64,000 nucleotides of DNA from Candidatus Margulisiibacteriota bacterium (GCA_050250935.1 JBFWNS010000004.1:64001-128000); one strand, 5' to 3'; counted from the stretch's first letter, positions 9,395-19,923 are shown. Numbers and translations: made by a program. Notes: a model not told the origin generated them from the letters alone.

Positions 9395-10627
9395 TTAAGC
9401 TCCCAGTGCGGTTTGAAAGTCCGCGATAATATCGTCGATATGTTCGATGCCGACTGAAACGCGAATCAAGGTGTCGTCTACACCCGCTTCGGCCATTTGT
9501 TCGGCGGTAAAATCTTTGTAAATCGTGGACGCAGCATGAATGACCAGGGTTTTGGCATCGCCCAAGTTGGCCGCATTCGAGGCCAATTTGAGGCCGTTAA
9601 TACAGGCAAACGCAGCCGCTTTGTCTTTCAATCGAAAGGTGAGTAAGCCCCCACCTTTACCCCGTACATGGCTGGCCAAAAGTCCAAAATCTGGATGGTC
9701 CGGCAAGCCGGGATAATTAACAGCCGTCACAGCAGGGTGCGTGGCCAAAAACTGTGCCAACGCCAAGGCATTGTCGCAGTGACGTTCCATGCGCAACGCC
9801 AGCGATTCAAAACCCACCATCAAGGCCTGCGCATGGGCGGGTGCCAGCGCTGCCCCAATGTGAATCACCACATCTTTTCGGGCCGTTGCCAAAAAGGCCA
9901 TTTTGCCAAATTGTTTGGCCCGTTCAGCAATGGCTGGGGTTTTGCAGGTTTTCCAATCAAACAATCCCAAATCCACCACCACGCCACCAGAAATGGTGCC
10001 GCTGCCACTGATGTACTTGGTGGCACAATGAATCACCACATCCACCCCCAGCTCTTTGGCGGGGAACAAATACGGCGTGGTCACGGTGCTATCCACCACC
10101 AACGGCAAGTGATGAGCATGGCACAGTTCAGCCAATGCTTTAATGTTGGGCAACCGCAAACTGGGGTTGGCAATGGTTTCGATAAACACCCCACGGGTTT
10201 TGGGCGTAATGGCGGCCTCAACCGCTTTTAAATCGATGGGATCCACAAACACCACCGTAATACCACACTTGGCCAAAACGGATTTAAACAGCAGCAACGT
10301 TCCCCCAAACAAATTGGGCGAAGCGATCAATTCATCACCAGCAGAAGCCAAGGTTAAAACGGTGGCATTAATCGCCGCCATGCCGGATGCAAACCCAATG
10401 CCCCCAACCCCGTTTTCAAGCTCGGTCACCCGCTGCTCAAAGGCTGCAACGGTGGGGTTGGCAATGCGAGAATACACATAACCAAACTTTTTACCGGCAA
10501 ACACATCGGCCAATTCCTCTGCGGTATCATAAGCAAAAGTCGCCGATTGGCTGATCGAAATGGCCGTCGCCCCAGTCCGGGGGTCTCGGTGATGGCCACT
10601 GTGTATCGCCTTGGTTTCAAATTTCAT
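9395..10627 (-). CDS. metY: O-acetylhomoserine aminocarboxypropyltransferase (Cys/Met metabolism PLP enzyme)
   Basis: YSRIANPT, SGMAA, ATKYISG, ANLGDAKTLVIH, RVSVGIE; AGGAG RBS before ATG 10627. Confidence 0.85.
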   Translation of the reverse strand: MKFETKAIHSGHHRDPRTGATAISISQSATFAYDTAEELADVFAGKKFGYVYSRIANPTVAAFEQRVTELENGVGGIGFASGMAAINATVLTLASAGDELIASPNLFGGTLLLFKSVLAKCGITVVFVDPIDLKAVEAAITPKTRGVFIETIANPSLRLPNIKALAELCHAHHLPLVVDSTVTTPYLFPAKELGVDVVIHCATKYISGSGTISGGVVVDLGLFDWKTCKTPAIAERAKQFGKMAFLATARKDVVIHIGAALAPAHAQALMVGFESLALRMERHCDNALALAQFLATHPAVTAVNYPGLPDHPDFGLLASHVRGKGGGLLTFRLKDKAAAFACINGLKLASNAANLGDAKTLVIHAASTIYKDFTAEQMAEAGVDDTLIRVSVGIEHIDDIIADFQTALGA

Positions 10628-10646
10628 AAAGTAGCTCCTATATAAA

Positions 10647-10700
10647 CACAAATGCACAGCATTTGTGGGTCGTCAGTTGAAACAAGTTCAACCTCCTCGC
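10647..10700. repeat. Third copy of the two-hairpin element, upstream of metY
   Basis: 26-bp identity to 4980-5005 followed by a covarying second hairpin. Confidence 0.9.
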
Positions 10701-10729
10701 TAAAGTTCTAAACACAAACGTTTCACTCG

Positions 10730-10753
10730 AAAAAATGCCTCCCTAGCCGAGGC
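10730..10753 (-). terminator. Probable intrinsic terminator/attenuator after the sulfur carrier gene
   Basis: Minus strand GCCTC-GGCTAGG-GAGGC then ATTTTTT. Confidence 0.55.
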
Positions 10754-10963
10754 CTAACAACCACCGCCCATAAAATACAAAAACTCAACAGCATCGCCGG
10801 ATTTCACAAGTGCTGTATCAAAATTCTCGCGATCCAAAATCTCGCCGTTTAGCTCCACCGACACCATGTCCGGCATATCCACGTTATTGAGTTTAAGCAG
10901 TTCGGTTACAGTCGCTTCGGCAGGTTCAAAAGATTTTTTTTCGCCGTTAATTGTTAAGTCCAT
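10754..10963 (-). CDS. ThiS/MoaD-like sulfur carrier protein (HcyS-like), C-terminus GGG-C
   Basis: 69 aa, INGE...VELNGEI...EFLYFMGGGC; GGAG RBS. Confidence 0.9.
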   Translation of the reverse strand: MDLTINGEKKSFEPAEATVTELLKLNNVDMPDMVSVELNGEILDRENFDTALVKSGDAVEFLYFMGGGC

Positions 10964-10972
10964 GAAAATCTC

Positions 10973-11893
10973 CTATCGGTATAAAGTGGTGCTGAGGTAG
11001 CGCTCGCCAAAATCGCACAAAATGGTGACGATGCGTTTGCCCTTGTTTTCGGGGCGCTTGGCCACTTGCAAGGCCGCAAACACATTGGCCCCAGACGAAA
11101 TACCCAACAAAACCCCTTCTTGTTTGGCCAGGTTTCGGGCAGTATCCAAAGCGTCGTCGTTGGACACTTGAATGACTTCGTCGATGATGGCCTTGTTCAA
11201 ATTGTCGGGAATAAAACCAGCCCCAATGCCTTGAATCATGTGAGGACCAGGTTTTCCGCCAGAAATAACTGGCGAATCTTTAGGCTCCACGGCAATCACT
11301 TTGAGCTTGGGGTTTCGGGCTTTAATCACCTCGCCAACACCGGTGATGGTCCCGCCAGTGCCAACCCCAGCCACAAAAATATCGATGTTGCCATCGGTAT
11401 CGCGCCAAATTTCTTCGGCTGTGGTTTTGCGGTGAACTTCGGGGTTCGCAGGGTTTTTGAACTGTTGGGGAATAAAGGCTTTTTTGTGCTCTTTGGCCAA
11501 TTCTTCGGCGCGGGCAATGGCCCCGGACATGCCCAAGTGACCGGGTGTCAGTTCAATTTCGGCCCCATAAGCCTTCAACAACCCACGGCGCTCCAAGCTC
11601 ATGGAATCGGGCATGGTTAAAATGACGCGATACCCTTTTACCGCCGCCACAAAGGCCAAGGCAATGCCGGTGTTACCACTGGTGGGCTCGATAATGATGG
11701 TGTCTTTGTCCAATTTTCCGGCCTGTTCTGCCGCTTCAATCAAGGCAAAACCCGCTCGGTCTTTTACCGACGACGTTGGGTTCATAAATTCGCATTTCCC
11801 CAAAATCTCTGCGCCAGCCCCTTCAGCAATGCGGTTTAAACGAACCAAGGGAGTGTTTCCGATTAACGCTGTTAAATTGTTTGCGATGCCCAT
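10973..11893 (-). CDS. cysK: Cysteine synthase A
   Basis: [40 protein letters not shown]. Confidence 0.95.
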   Translation of the reverse strand: MGIANNLTALIGNTPLVRLNRIAEGAGAEILGKCEFMNPTSSVKDRAGFALIEAAEQAGKLDKDTIIIEPTSGNTGIALAFVAAVKGYRVILTMPDSMSLERRGLLKAYGAEIELTPGHLGMSGAIARAEELAKEHKKAFIPQQFKNPANPEVHRKTTAEEIWRDTDGNIDIFVAGVGTGGTITGVGEVIKARNPKLKVIAVEPKDSPVISGGKPGPHMIQGIGAGFIPDNLNKAIIDEVIQVSNDDALDTARNLAKQEGVLLGISSGANVFAALQVAKRPENKGKRIVTILCDFGERYLSTTLYR

Positions 11894-11914
11894 TTTCAAT
11901 TCCTTTTTTCTGAT

Positions 11915-12313
11915 TTAAATGCTGTACGACACAAGGGGCGTACTTTTTTGCAAAACATCCATCAAACTCACATCAAAAACGGCGGACACTTTGGCCTCGG
12001 CCTCTTGCCAAAATCCGGCCAAAACGTCCTCGTGATTATCACACAAACGACAGGGTCCTTCCAGGCAATTCAGCACCTCGGCAGCCTGAATCTGCTCGGG
12101 AGCCCGCGCCAGGGCATAGCCCCCGCTGCTACCGCGAAAACTTTTCACCAAACCCGCGCGTTTAAGCTGCACCAGCAACTGCTCCAAATAATTTTGGGGA
12201 ATCTGATGCCGATCCGCAATCGTCTTGATTTGAATGGGCCCCTGGTTAAAGTGCTCGGCCAACACCGTCATGGCAGCAAGGCCGTATTTGCCTTTGGTTG
12301 AGATTGTAATCAT
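11915..12313 (-). CDS. Rrf2 family transcriptional regulator (CymR-like)
   Basis: STKGKYG, YLEQLL, SFRGSSGGY; heads the sulfur operon. Confidence 0.9.
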   Translation of the reverse strand: MITISTKGKYGLAAMTVLAEHFNQGPIQIKTIADRHQIPQNYLEQLLVQLKRAGLVKSFRGSSGGYALARAPEQIQAAEVLNCLEGPCRLCDNHEDVLAGFWQEAEAKVSAVFDVSLMDVLQKSTPLVSYSI

Positions 12314-12319
12314 AGGCTC

Positions 12320-12365
12320 ATTGTACACCCTTAGTTTATTATGTCAAGTGGGTTAGTTGGGATTA
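12320..12365 (-). promoter_or_regulatory. Sigma70 promoter of rrf2 operon with overlapping possible Rrf2 operator
   Basis: TTGACA (12342-12347)-16 nt-TACAAT (12320-12325), 6 nt before ATG; imperfect palindrome over the -35. Confidence 0.7.
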
Positions 12366-12497
12366 AGAGGTCCGCTGAAATTTTTATGTTTAAACCCGCC
12401 AAAATACAGGGAATCACCCTAAAAAATTAAATTATTTGAAATTAAAATTGAAATTATCCGAAAAATAATTATAAAAAAGTCAAAAAATGGGGATTTT

Positions 12498-15400
12498 ATG
12501 ATTAAAAAACAAATAGCCGCTGCTACACGACAACTGCCGCCACGACCCCTCAGCGGGGTTCAGCAACGCGAGATTTATCGCTTAGACAGGGGAACCGGGG
12601 TTGTACCCGCAACCTATCCAATTTCACAACTGGTGAGCCGCATCGCCAAAGAAGTTCTTCAGGAAAAAGGGTTGCCGGTTGATGAGTGTGCCGTTGTTCT
12701 GATTGATTATAAAGAAATCAACGCCTATTTCGACCATACCCGCAACATGATTGTGGTCTATCGGGGATTACTCGATTTACTCGTTAAAGAAAACTGTTTC
12801 ACCGAAGAAGCCCTGAGATTTGTACTGGGTCACGAAATCGGCCACGCCAAAGACGACCATGACCACCGGTTTCAATCGTATGGCGAAACCCTAATACGAG
12901 AACTTAGTGCAGACCAACACGGAAGCCAATCCTTGGCAAGCCAAGCACAAAATCCTTTGGGCGGACTGGCCTGTCTCACAGCACTTGAACAGGCAAAAAG
13001 AAGAGAAGGCAGCTCTGGCGTCTCTATAACAAGCACCCATCCGAATCCGTCCCTAAGACGGGCCGTTTTTTTGCAACACATTCGGAACCACTACACCCCA
13101 GGCTTGGGAAAAGCACTGACCCCCATTGACCCCAAATGGCTTGAAAACATCAAAACCCTAGAAAGTCCTGTAATAGATGTTCTTTCCGAAAGTTATCTCG
13201 ACACCAGAAGCATTCTTAAAGCCCTTAATCAATGTCCCACCGTAGGGGCATTAAGACATTTTTTCGATATAGACAGACATCACAGAACTGCCGATATCGA
13301 ATCTCAACTCGTCCAAAAATTAGCCGAATTGAGCAAGCTGCCGCAGATAGACGCAAAAAAAATCGTCGCAGCTTATTTGAGCCACGAAAAACCCACCTCA
13401 TTTGAAGATCCGGCCACCGTTTTAAAAGTCTCCGTTCAACTGACCTCGGATATTTATTATGTCACCCCCGGTCCAGAAAGCGTTTTTGAAATCGCCGCCC
13501 AGCAACTGCCCCCTCAAAAGCTTCGAGCCCTTCTGCCCTTTGTGATGCACCACAGTGCCACTCGAATTGGTAATCACCCTTATTTTAACGCCCTGTTTAA
13601 GACTTTCCACACCATTCAAGACTTTCTGAACCTGTTTCAAGCCAGTTGCCACACCCACACCGCTACACAGGAAGAATTTGGCAAATTTTGGGGGGCTGTT
13701 GGAGAGAATTTTTCTAAAACTATCCGAACAAAAGACGATGTTCAACGTGTTGTTGATTTTTGCTTTCAAGATCCTGCCCGATTCATAACCGTCATAACCG
13801 ACAGCGGACGTCCTGAATCCGTATTCACTCGGGCACTCAAGGATGCCGTTCGCAACAAGATCATTACCCCTGGAGATATTGTAACGATGGTTCAAAAATA
13901 CGACGCTGTTTTACAAGCCCATCCCAAATGGATGGGGCGGGTAGTCGGTGCTTTACAAACTTGCATCCAAGATGCGGAACTACCCCCTGAGGAAAAAATG
14001 GCCCAATACGCCGCCCTGCCACACCAATTTACCCATAAAAGAGGCTACATTAGTTTGATATATTGGCGTGAAGCACAAACCCTGCCCCATGACCAAACAC
14101 CAACCCCCGAACGCCACATTGAAGTCGTCGAGAAATTTATCCGGTACCGCCAAGACCCAACCCAACCCTTGGATAGCATTCAGCCCTCACCCTATCGGCA
14201 TTGGTATGAGCCTTATGTCGGTTCTACACGAATCAAGCACTTTGAGCACATTACCAACCCTGACGACCAAGACCGTCTTTTTGCTGCCTTTAACGCAGCC
14301 AAGGCCGAGTATATCCATTATTACAGTCAAGCCAGGGTCGACGATATGACCGCCCACTTGGTCTTGACTTGGTATTTACCCCGGTTGGGGATTACAGCGG
14401 CCTTATTGGACATGCTGCCAACCACATCTCTCAACCACGACGCCCTTGAACCATTCTTTCGTGATAAAGGTCTTGCAGATACACGCCTAGCCGACACCTT
14501 ATGCCAAAAATTACCCCGGTTTGAGGAATTTCCTAGGACACAAAAGCCTCTGGAGGACATTAAAGAATACGCCGACTTCGATCCCCGCCAGGATGGTAGG
14601 GAAGAAACACGGTCTTCGTTTTGGAGTCGAAACGAAGAAAGCCACCTTACCATCAACGAAGCCATTTTTAGAGATCAACAGCGTCGATCCGGCGGTGATG
14701 CTGCAGCGATCGCGTGCCGCTATATGCCAGCATCCTTTAGACGAGACACCCATCTTGTACCCACCCAAGACCTCTTTACCTGCAACCCCCGAGACTTCGA
14801 TCGATGGGTGGTTTTGCACGGCACCACCGAACGGGTTCATGTGTTGAGCCTGATTCACAACCCCACCCTCCGAGACATCGCTGCCAAACGGCTCACACAA
14901 GCAAAACAAGAAGCCGGCGAGTTTGCCACCATGTCTTATGCCGACATCAAGGCCTGGGTCAGTCTGGTCTTTTCGTCCCCCAATGCCCCCCTGGCCCACG
15001 AGGTGTTGGACGACTTGCTTCAACACACCACCTGCACCATCACAGACCTAGACGACTTTGCCAGAACCACAGCAGCCTCTTCCGAGCAATTTATAGCCAG
15101 CGATATTCTGTTACGCTTGGGAGATTTTCTGAGTAATCAGACCCCAGATTTTAAACGGACCCTTTTTGAGTGGTTGTTGGATCCCACACAACCCAAACCC
15201 AAAAGCGTGTTGTACATGGAATATGTCCTCGAAACCACCATGAGCGACTTACCCCATTTATTAACCCATCTTAGCCAAACCGAACGGAGCTATTTTTTCA
15301 GCCTTCTCTTTTTGGACACCAATGGCATTTTGAATGATGAAGCCACCTTCAAACAACTGCGGGCCAACATCTTTGAAAAAGCCATGAATGAATCCCCTAC

Positions 15401-17078
15401 CGAGCAAAACCTGTGGTTTGTCTTGTTTGAAGAAACCTTGCTGGCCGGCTCGGATTTAAAACAATCGGAATTATTAACCGGTCTGTTTCAAGGATTTTTC
15501 GGCCCCGGAACCCCCTCCTCAAAACCAGAACGTATCAAATCATTTTTAGCCGCCTTTGGGGTGGTGGGCATTAAGTTGGGTCAGATTTTATCAACCCACT
15601 CGGCCATCACAGACCCCGCCCTTCAAGCAGCTTTAAGAACCCTCTCCGACCAAGTGCCTCCCATTTCCAAACAATATGCCGTGGACGCCCTCAAACTAGA
15701 CGGAGATGGGACAGAAAAGCTCGCTCAAATCGCCAGCATAGACGACTTATTGGGCAGCGCATCGGTTAAACAAGGGTATCGCATTCGCACCACAGATGGC
15801 CAAACCCTGGCCTTCAAATTTATCAAACCCATAGCCGAATACGATGTGCGTGAAAACTTTGAGATTTTGGAACGGGTGATGCACAGTCCCAGGCTTCAAC
15901 AACACTTCAAAGGAGCCGATTCGCTGCTGGAAAAAGTCAAAATCAGTGTTCAAGCCGAAATCGACATGGCCAGCGAAGTGGATCATCAGGTGGCTCTAAG
16001 AACGTTTTCGCTGGGTCGAATCCCACAAGTTGAGGGGTGGACACTGGCTATTCCGGAAGTGCCCCCCGGCTTTAGAGGCCGAAAATCGTTTGCCGATCAG
16101 TTTTCAAGCGGCCAGTCTTTGGCCCAAACCATGGACAGTTTGGGCGACCAAACGGCCCCCGTTGCCGAATTGGTTTGCCGAACAGTGTTGGACCAGATAT
16201 TCAATGGCGACCGTTTTCACGCCGACTTACACGGAGGCAACGTGTTGGTGGATCCGGCAACCAAAACCGTGACCCTGATCGATTTTGGCAACTGCCTACA
16301 TCTGTCTTCAGAGGACCAAAACCACTGCCTCAACCTGCTGCTGGCCGTGAAATTGGGATTAACCCAAACCGCCATCCACCAATTTGAGGTTTTTTGCGGG
16401 CAATCCGAGCCTTTTTCACCCAGACTGCGTCGGGATCTCATGACCGTATTGGAAAAACCGGGTGATTTAAATCAAAAACTGGCTCAAGCCAGACAACTCT
16501 TAATTCAGAACCAGTTAACCTTTCAAAGTCAGTACGAGGTGGTTTTTAAAGTTTTGGAAACCATGGGCTATCTATTTGCCCCCATTCAAGATCGGCTTCA
16601 AACCCTGGTTATTGAGGTGGCTGGATTGGAGCGGCTGCGAAGTTTAGTACCCCTTCAAACCGTCTGGAACACCGAATTCACCCCCACCGATCAACAGGCC
16701 ATTTTGGTGCTGCTTGCCAACCTAAAAGCAGGCCGGCGCAATGAAACCATCAAGCAACTCCGGTATTTTCTAAGAAGTTCTTTAAGCCCTCAACAGGTTC
16801 AAGCGCTCCACGAAATCATCAAACGCAAAGCCCCTATCGAAGAAAAAGCGTTGGCGCTTTTAACCAAACTTGTGGAGCTTCAAATCCCCCTAACCCCGCT
16901 TTTACAACAGCTTGTTCACCTTCATGCGCAATTGACACCCTACCTTACCCCTGGGGATAGCACAGCTACCCCAGCCACAAATTTGGATTTAGCCACCTTA
17001 ATTACGCCAGACCAAAAACAAGCCGTCCGCGCCGAACTGGGACTAAGAACGAGATATCGACTTTGGCGTACTACCTAG
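12498..17078 (+). CDS. 1526-aa fusion: N-terminal M48 Zn-metallopeptidase, large helical core, C-terminal ABC1/UbiB atypical kinase
   Basis: INAY, HEIGH, ELSAD..G, STHP; IKLGQILST, LGSASV, AFK, FHADLHGGN, LIDFG. Confidence 0.85.
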   Translation: MIKKQIAAATRQLPPRPLSGVQQREIYRLDRGTGVVPATYPISQLVSRIAKEVLQEKGLPVDECAVVLIDYKEINAYFDHTRNMIVVYRGLLDLLVKENCFTEEALRFVLGHEIGHAKDDHDHRFQSYGETLIRELSADQHGSQSLASQAQNPLGGLACLTALEQAKRREGSSGVSITSTHPNPSLRRAVFLQHIRNHYTPGLGKALTPIDPKWLENIKTLESPVIDVLSESYLDTRSILKALNQCPTVGALRHFFDIDRHHRTADIESQLVQKLAELSKLPQIDAKKIVAAYLSHEKPTSFEDPATVLKVSVQLTSDIYYVTPGPESVFEIAAQQLPPQKLRALLPFVMHHSATRIGNHPYFNALFKTFHTIQDFLNLFQASCHTHTATQEEFGKFWGAVGENFSKTIRTKDDVQRVVDFCFQDPARFITVITDSGRPESVFTRALKDAVRNKIITPGDIVTMVQKYDAVLQAHPKWMGRVVGALQTCIQDAELPPEEKMAQYAALPHQFTHKRGYISLIYWREAQTLPHDQTPTPERHIEVVEKFIRYRQDPTQPLDSIQPSPYRHWYEPYVGSTRIKHFEHITNPDDQDRLFAAFNAAKAEYIHYYSQARVDDMTAHLVLTWYLPRLGITAALLDMLPTTSLNHDALEPFFRDKGLADTRLADTLCQKLPRFEEFPRTQKPLEDIKEYADFDPRQDGREETRSSFWSRNEESHLTINEAIFRDQQRRSGGDAAAIACRYMPASFRRDTHLVPTQDLFTCNPRDFDRWVVLHGTTERVHVLSLIHNPTLRDIAAKRLTQAKQEAGEFATMSYADIKAWVSLVFSSPNAPLAHEVLDDLLQHTTCTITDLDDFARTTAASSEQFIASDILLRLGDFLSNQTPDFKRTLFEWLLDPTQPKPKSVLYMEYVLETTMSDLPHLLTHLSQTERSYFFSLLFLDTNGILNDEATFKQLRANIFEKAMNESPTEQNLWFVLFEETLLAGSDLKQSELLTGLFQGFFGPGTPSSKPERIKSFLAAFGVVGIKLGQILSTHSAITDPALQAALRTLSDQVPPISKQYAVDALKLDGDGTEKLAQIASIDDLLGSASVKQGYRIRTTDGQTLAFKFIKPIAEYDVRENFEILERVMHSPRLQQHFKGADSLLEKVKISVQAEIDMASEVDHQVALRTFSLGRIPQVEGWTLAIPEVPPGFRGRKSFADQFSSGQSLAQTMDSLGDQTAPVAELVCRTVLDQIFNGDRFHADLHGGNVLVDPATKTVTLIDFGNCLHLSSEDQNHCLNLLLAVKLGLTQTAIHQFEVFCGQSEPFSPRLRRDLMTVLEKPGDLNQKLAQARQLLIQNQLTFQSQYEVVFKVLETMGYLFAPIQDRLQTLVIEVAGLERLRSLVPLQTVWNTEFTPTDQQAILVLLANLKAGRRNETIKQLRYFLRSSLSPQQVQALHEIIKRKAPIEEKALALLTKLVELQIPLTPLLQQLVHLHAQLTPYLTPGDSTATPATNLDLATLITPDQKQAVRAELGLRTRYRLWRTT

Positions 17079-17307
17079 CCTTCAGCCGCCGAATCCGAAC
17101 CCGAAACACCCCTTCCGAAACGGGGTCTATCCCCAAAACCTCGTCTCCCTGTTCGGTGACGGTTCGGGGCACATTGTCCAAGGGTTCCCCGGCCCGAAGC
17201 AAAACAACCAGTTCATCCCCAGCATCCAGGGTTTCAAGCTTCAGCTTGGTTTTGACAAAGGTCATGGGGCAATGGTCTTTGGTAATATCCAGTTCAATGG
17301 TTTTCAT
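17071..17307 (-). CDS. tusA: TusA/SirA family sulfurtransferase
   Basis: LDITKDHCPMTFVKTKL CPxx motif; 78 aa. Confidence 0.85.
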   Translation of the reverse strand: MKTIELDITKDHCPMTFVKTKLKLETLDAGDELVVLLRAGEPLDNVPRTVTEQGDEVLGIDPVSEGVFRVRIRRLKAR

Positions 17308-17777
17308 ATAAACAGCACCTGTCCGCCTTCTGCGATTCTTAAAAACGACGCAACGCCCAGCTCTTCTTTGACTGGCAAATAGTCGGAGAGTTCTGTTCCC
17401 AAAATCACTTTCGACATTTCGCAGGCATAAAAATTGACGCCCAACGCCACCGAAGCTTCCAACAATTCTTTAAGGGTGGCCACATTTTGCTTTTTCATCA
17501 TGTACGTCATGAGTTTGGGAGAAAGCCCCAAAAAGTTAAGACGGCTTAAGGGCAATTGGTTAAACCCACCCATGAGCACATTAAAAAACTTAGCCAAAAA
17601 CCCAGTCCCAATGGGCTTTCGTCCCCAGCCTTTTTTGATCACATTATAGCCCCAAAATGTAAAAAACACGTTCACTTCATAACCAACAGCAGCAGCCCCA
17701 GAAGCCAAGGTAAAAGTAGCCACCGCTTTATCAAAATCCCCGCTAAAACAAATTAAACTCAATTTTTTTGTATTCAT
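17304..17777 (-). CDS. DsrE2/DrsH-like sulfur relay protein
   Basis: FSGDFDKA, FFTFWG, ACEMS, GVASFL. Confidence 0.85.
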   Translation of the reverse strand: MNTKKLSLICFSGDFDKAVATFTLASGAAAVGYEVNVFFTFWGYNVIKKGWGRKPIGTGFLAKFFNVLMGGFNQLPLSRLNFLGLSPKLMTYMMKKQNVATLKELLEASVALGVNFYACEMSKVILGTELSDYLPVKEELGVASFLRIAEGGQVLFI

Positions 17778-17897
17778 GATGGTCTCAAAATACACCATGG
17801 AACCACTAAAACTCAAATTTACTTTTTATAATGACAAAACCAAAGAGAAAGAAGTATTATTTTTAATAAATAAATCCAGTTCGAAGAAATTTCAAGT

Positions 17898-18491
17898 ATG
17901 GCCACCCTTACAAAAAAAATGATTGCAACACAACCACGTCCCAAGACGGCCACAGAAATTGCAATGGAAGAACTCTTAACCCAAAAACCTCTTCAATGGT
18001 GGACTCAACAAAAATCCAGATTCACACCGGACTTTATCAGCCTAATTTTCACACAAAGCGTGACCTTTCGAAGGTTCGACCTTGTTGTTTATTTTTGTCG
18101 CTATGTATCTATGGATCTACTCGCTCATGCCCTCAAAGCACTGATCAAAACACGCCCTTCTAGAACCCAAACCCGAGAAGAAAGTCGTTTAAAAACCATA
18201 GCTATTGTTAAACTTGTTTTAAATGCACGTGTTAACAGCCAACGCCAGGAAATCGCAACACATATCCGAAACAAGGACTATAAAGCGGCAGCTGCGTGCA
18301 TTGACGTTCTGCCACAATCAGAGCAGGTCTACAAAGACAGACTTCGGTATAGATGTGGGCTGGAAGCCATTTTAAACAACGACCCAACAGCGGGCTTGTC
18401 CCTTGCCTTACAAATTCAGACCTTAATTTCTTTACAAATAAAACTCGAAGCCATGGCCTTCCGTGCACCTTCAGAACTCATCTCTTCTTAA
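17898..18491 (+). CDS. Hypothetical helical protein (orphan)
   Basis: 197-aa ORF filling the gap before trpE; no recognisable motif. Confidence 0.6.
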   Translation: MATLTKKMIATQPRPKTATEIAMEELLTQKPLQWWTQQKSRFTPDFISLIFTQSVTFRRFDLVVYFCRYVSMDLLAHALKALIKTRPSRTQTREESRLKTIAIVKLVLNARVNSQRQEIATHIRNKDYKAAAACIDVLPQSEQVYKDRLRYRCGLEAILNNDPTAGLSLALQIQTLISLQIKLEAMAFRAPSELISS

Positions 18492-18516
18492 AAAATCTGC
18501 TATACTGCCCCAACTT

Positions 18517-19923
18517 ATGAACGCTCAAAAACAAGTTTTAGTCCCCATTATCAAAGAACTCGTCGGCGATTTGGATACGCCCGTGTCGTTGTATTTGAAG
18601 CTAAACCGGGCGCAAAGCTTTTTATTAGAGAGCGTGACGGGCGGGGAAAACGTGGCGCGGTATTCGTTTATTGGGGTGAACCCGTTTTGCACGTTTACGG
18701 CCCAAAACGACACCAACACCATCGACGATGAAACCGGAACCCGCACCGTTGCCGGAAACCCCTTGGATATTTTAGAAAACCTGATTGCCCACTACCACAT
18801 GGACGATGCCCCCCATTTACCCCCATTTTTGGGTGGGGCTGTGGGGTATTTCAGCTGGGAAACCATTCGGCACATCGAAGCCATTGCCTTAAAAAACAAA
18901 CCCAGCATCGACGGGATTCCCGAAATTCGGTTCTTTTTCCCCAAAGGGCTGGTGGTGTTTGACCATGTTAAACGCAAAATTATTCTGGTAGCCTTGGCAA
19001 AACCAGGCGAAGAAAAAGCCGCTCAAAGCTTGCTTGAAGAACTTGAAACCGCCATTCAAAAGCCCCTGTCTGCAAGCCTGTTATCGCTGCAAAAACCAGA
19101 CAACTTTTTTGACAAAACCACCTCCAGCCTATCCCAACCCGATTTTGAGGCCATGATTGAAGCTGGAAAACGGCATATTTTTGAAGGGGATGTGTTTCAG
19201 TTGGTGTTGTCCCAGCGATTCGAAACCACTTCGGCCAAAAAGCCTTTCGATATTTACCGCACTCTACGCACCATTAATCCCTCGCCATACATGTATTACA
19301 TTGACGACACCGACTATCAAATTATTGGCAGTTCACCCGAAATTTTGGTAAAAGTGGAACACAACCAAGCCACCGTTCGGCCCATTGCCGGCACCCGTCC
19401 TCGGCCCCCCAAAGACCAAGAAGACGCCGTGATTGCCGAACTGAAAGCCGACGAAAAAGAAGTGGCCGAACATATTATGTTGGTGGATCTAGGCCGCAAC
19501 GATTTGGGACGGGTTTGCGACTACAACAGCGTCAAAACCGCCGAACTGATGACCATCGAACGGTATTCCCACGTGTTTCATATGGTAACGAATGTAACCG
19601 GAACCCTGCAGCAAGGCAAAACCGCCATGGATGTGTTCAAAGCCACGTTTCCCGCAGGAACCGTCAGCGGTGCGCCCAAAATTCGGGCCATCGAAATTAT
19701 CGACGCCCTAGAACCCACAGGCCGCAAACTGTATGCCGGCGCTTTGGGGTATTTTGATTTTCGCGGCAATATGGACTTGTGTATCATCATCCGCACCATT
19801 TTGGCCAAAAACAACCACCTTTATGTTCAAGCCGGTGCCGGCATTGTGGCCGATTCCAACCCTGCCACCGAATTTGTCGAATCGCAAAACAAAGCCAAAG
19901 GAATGATTGAAGCATGCTTGTAG
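18517..19923 (+). CDS. trpE: Anthranilate synthase component I
   Basis: [40 protein letters not shown]. Confidence 0.93.
   Translation: MNAQKQVLVPIIKELVGDLDTPVSLYLKLNRAQSFLLESVTGGENVARYSFIGVNPFCTFTAQNDTNTIDDETGTRTVAGNPLDILENLIAHYHMDDAPHLPPFLGGAVGYFSWETIRHIEAIALKNKPSIDGIPEIRFFFPKGLVVFDHVKRKIILVALAKPGEEKAAQSLLEELETAIQKPLSASLLSLQKPDNFFDKTTSSLSQPDFEAMIEAGKRHIFEGDVFQLVLSQRFETTSAKKPFDIYRTLRTINPSPYMYYIDDTDYQIIGSSPEILVKVEHNQATVRPIAGTRPRPPKDQEDAVIAELKADEKEVAEHIMLVDLGRNDLGRVCDYNSVKTAELMTIERYSHVFHMVTNVTGTLQQGKTAMDVFKATFPAGTVSGAPKIRAIEIIDALEPTGRKLYAGALGYFDFRGNMDLCIIIRTILAKNNHLYVQAGAGIVADSNPATEFVESQNKAKGMIEACL

Noticed and set aside
10628..10753. SAM riboswitch or T-box before metY
   Set aside because: No SAM-I or T-box consensus visible
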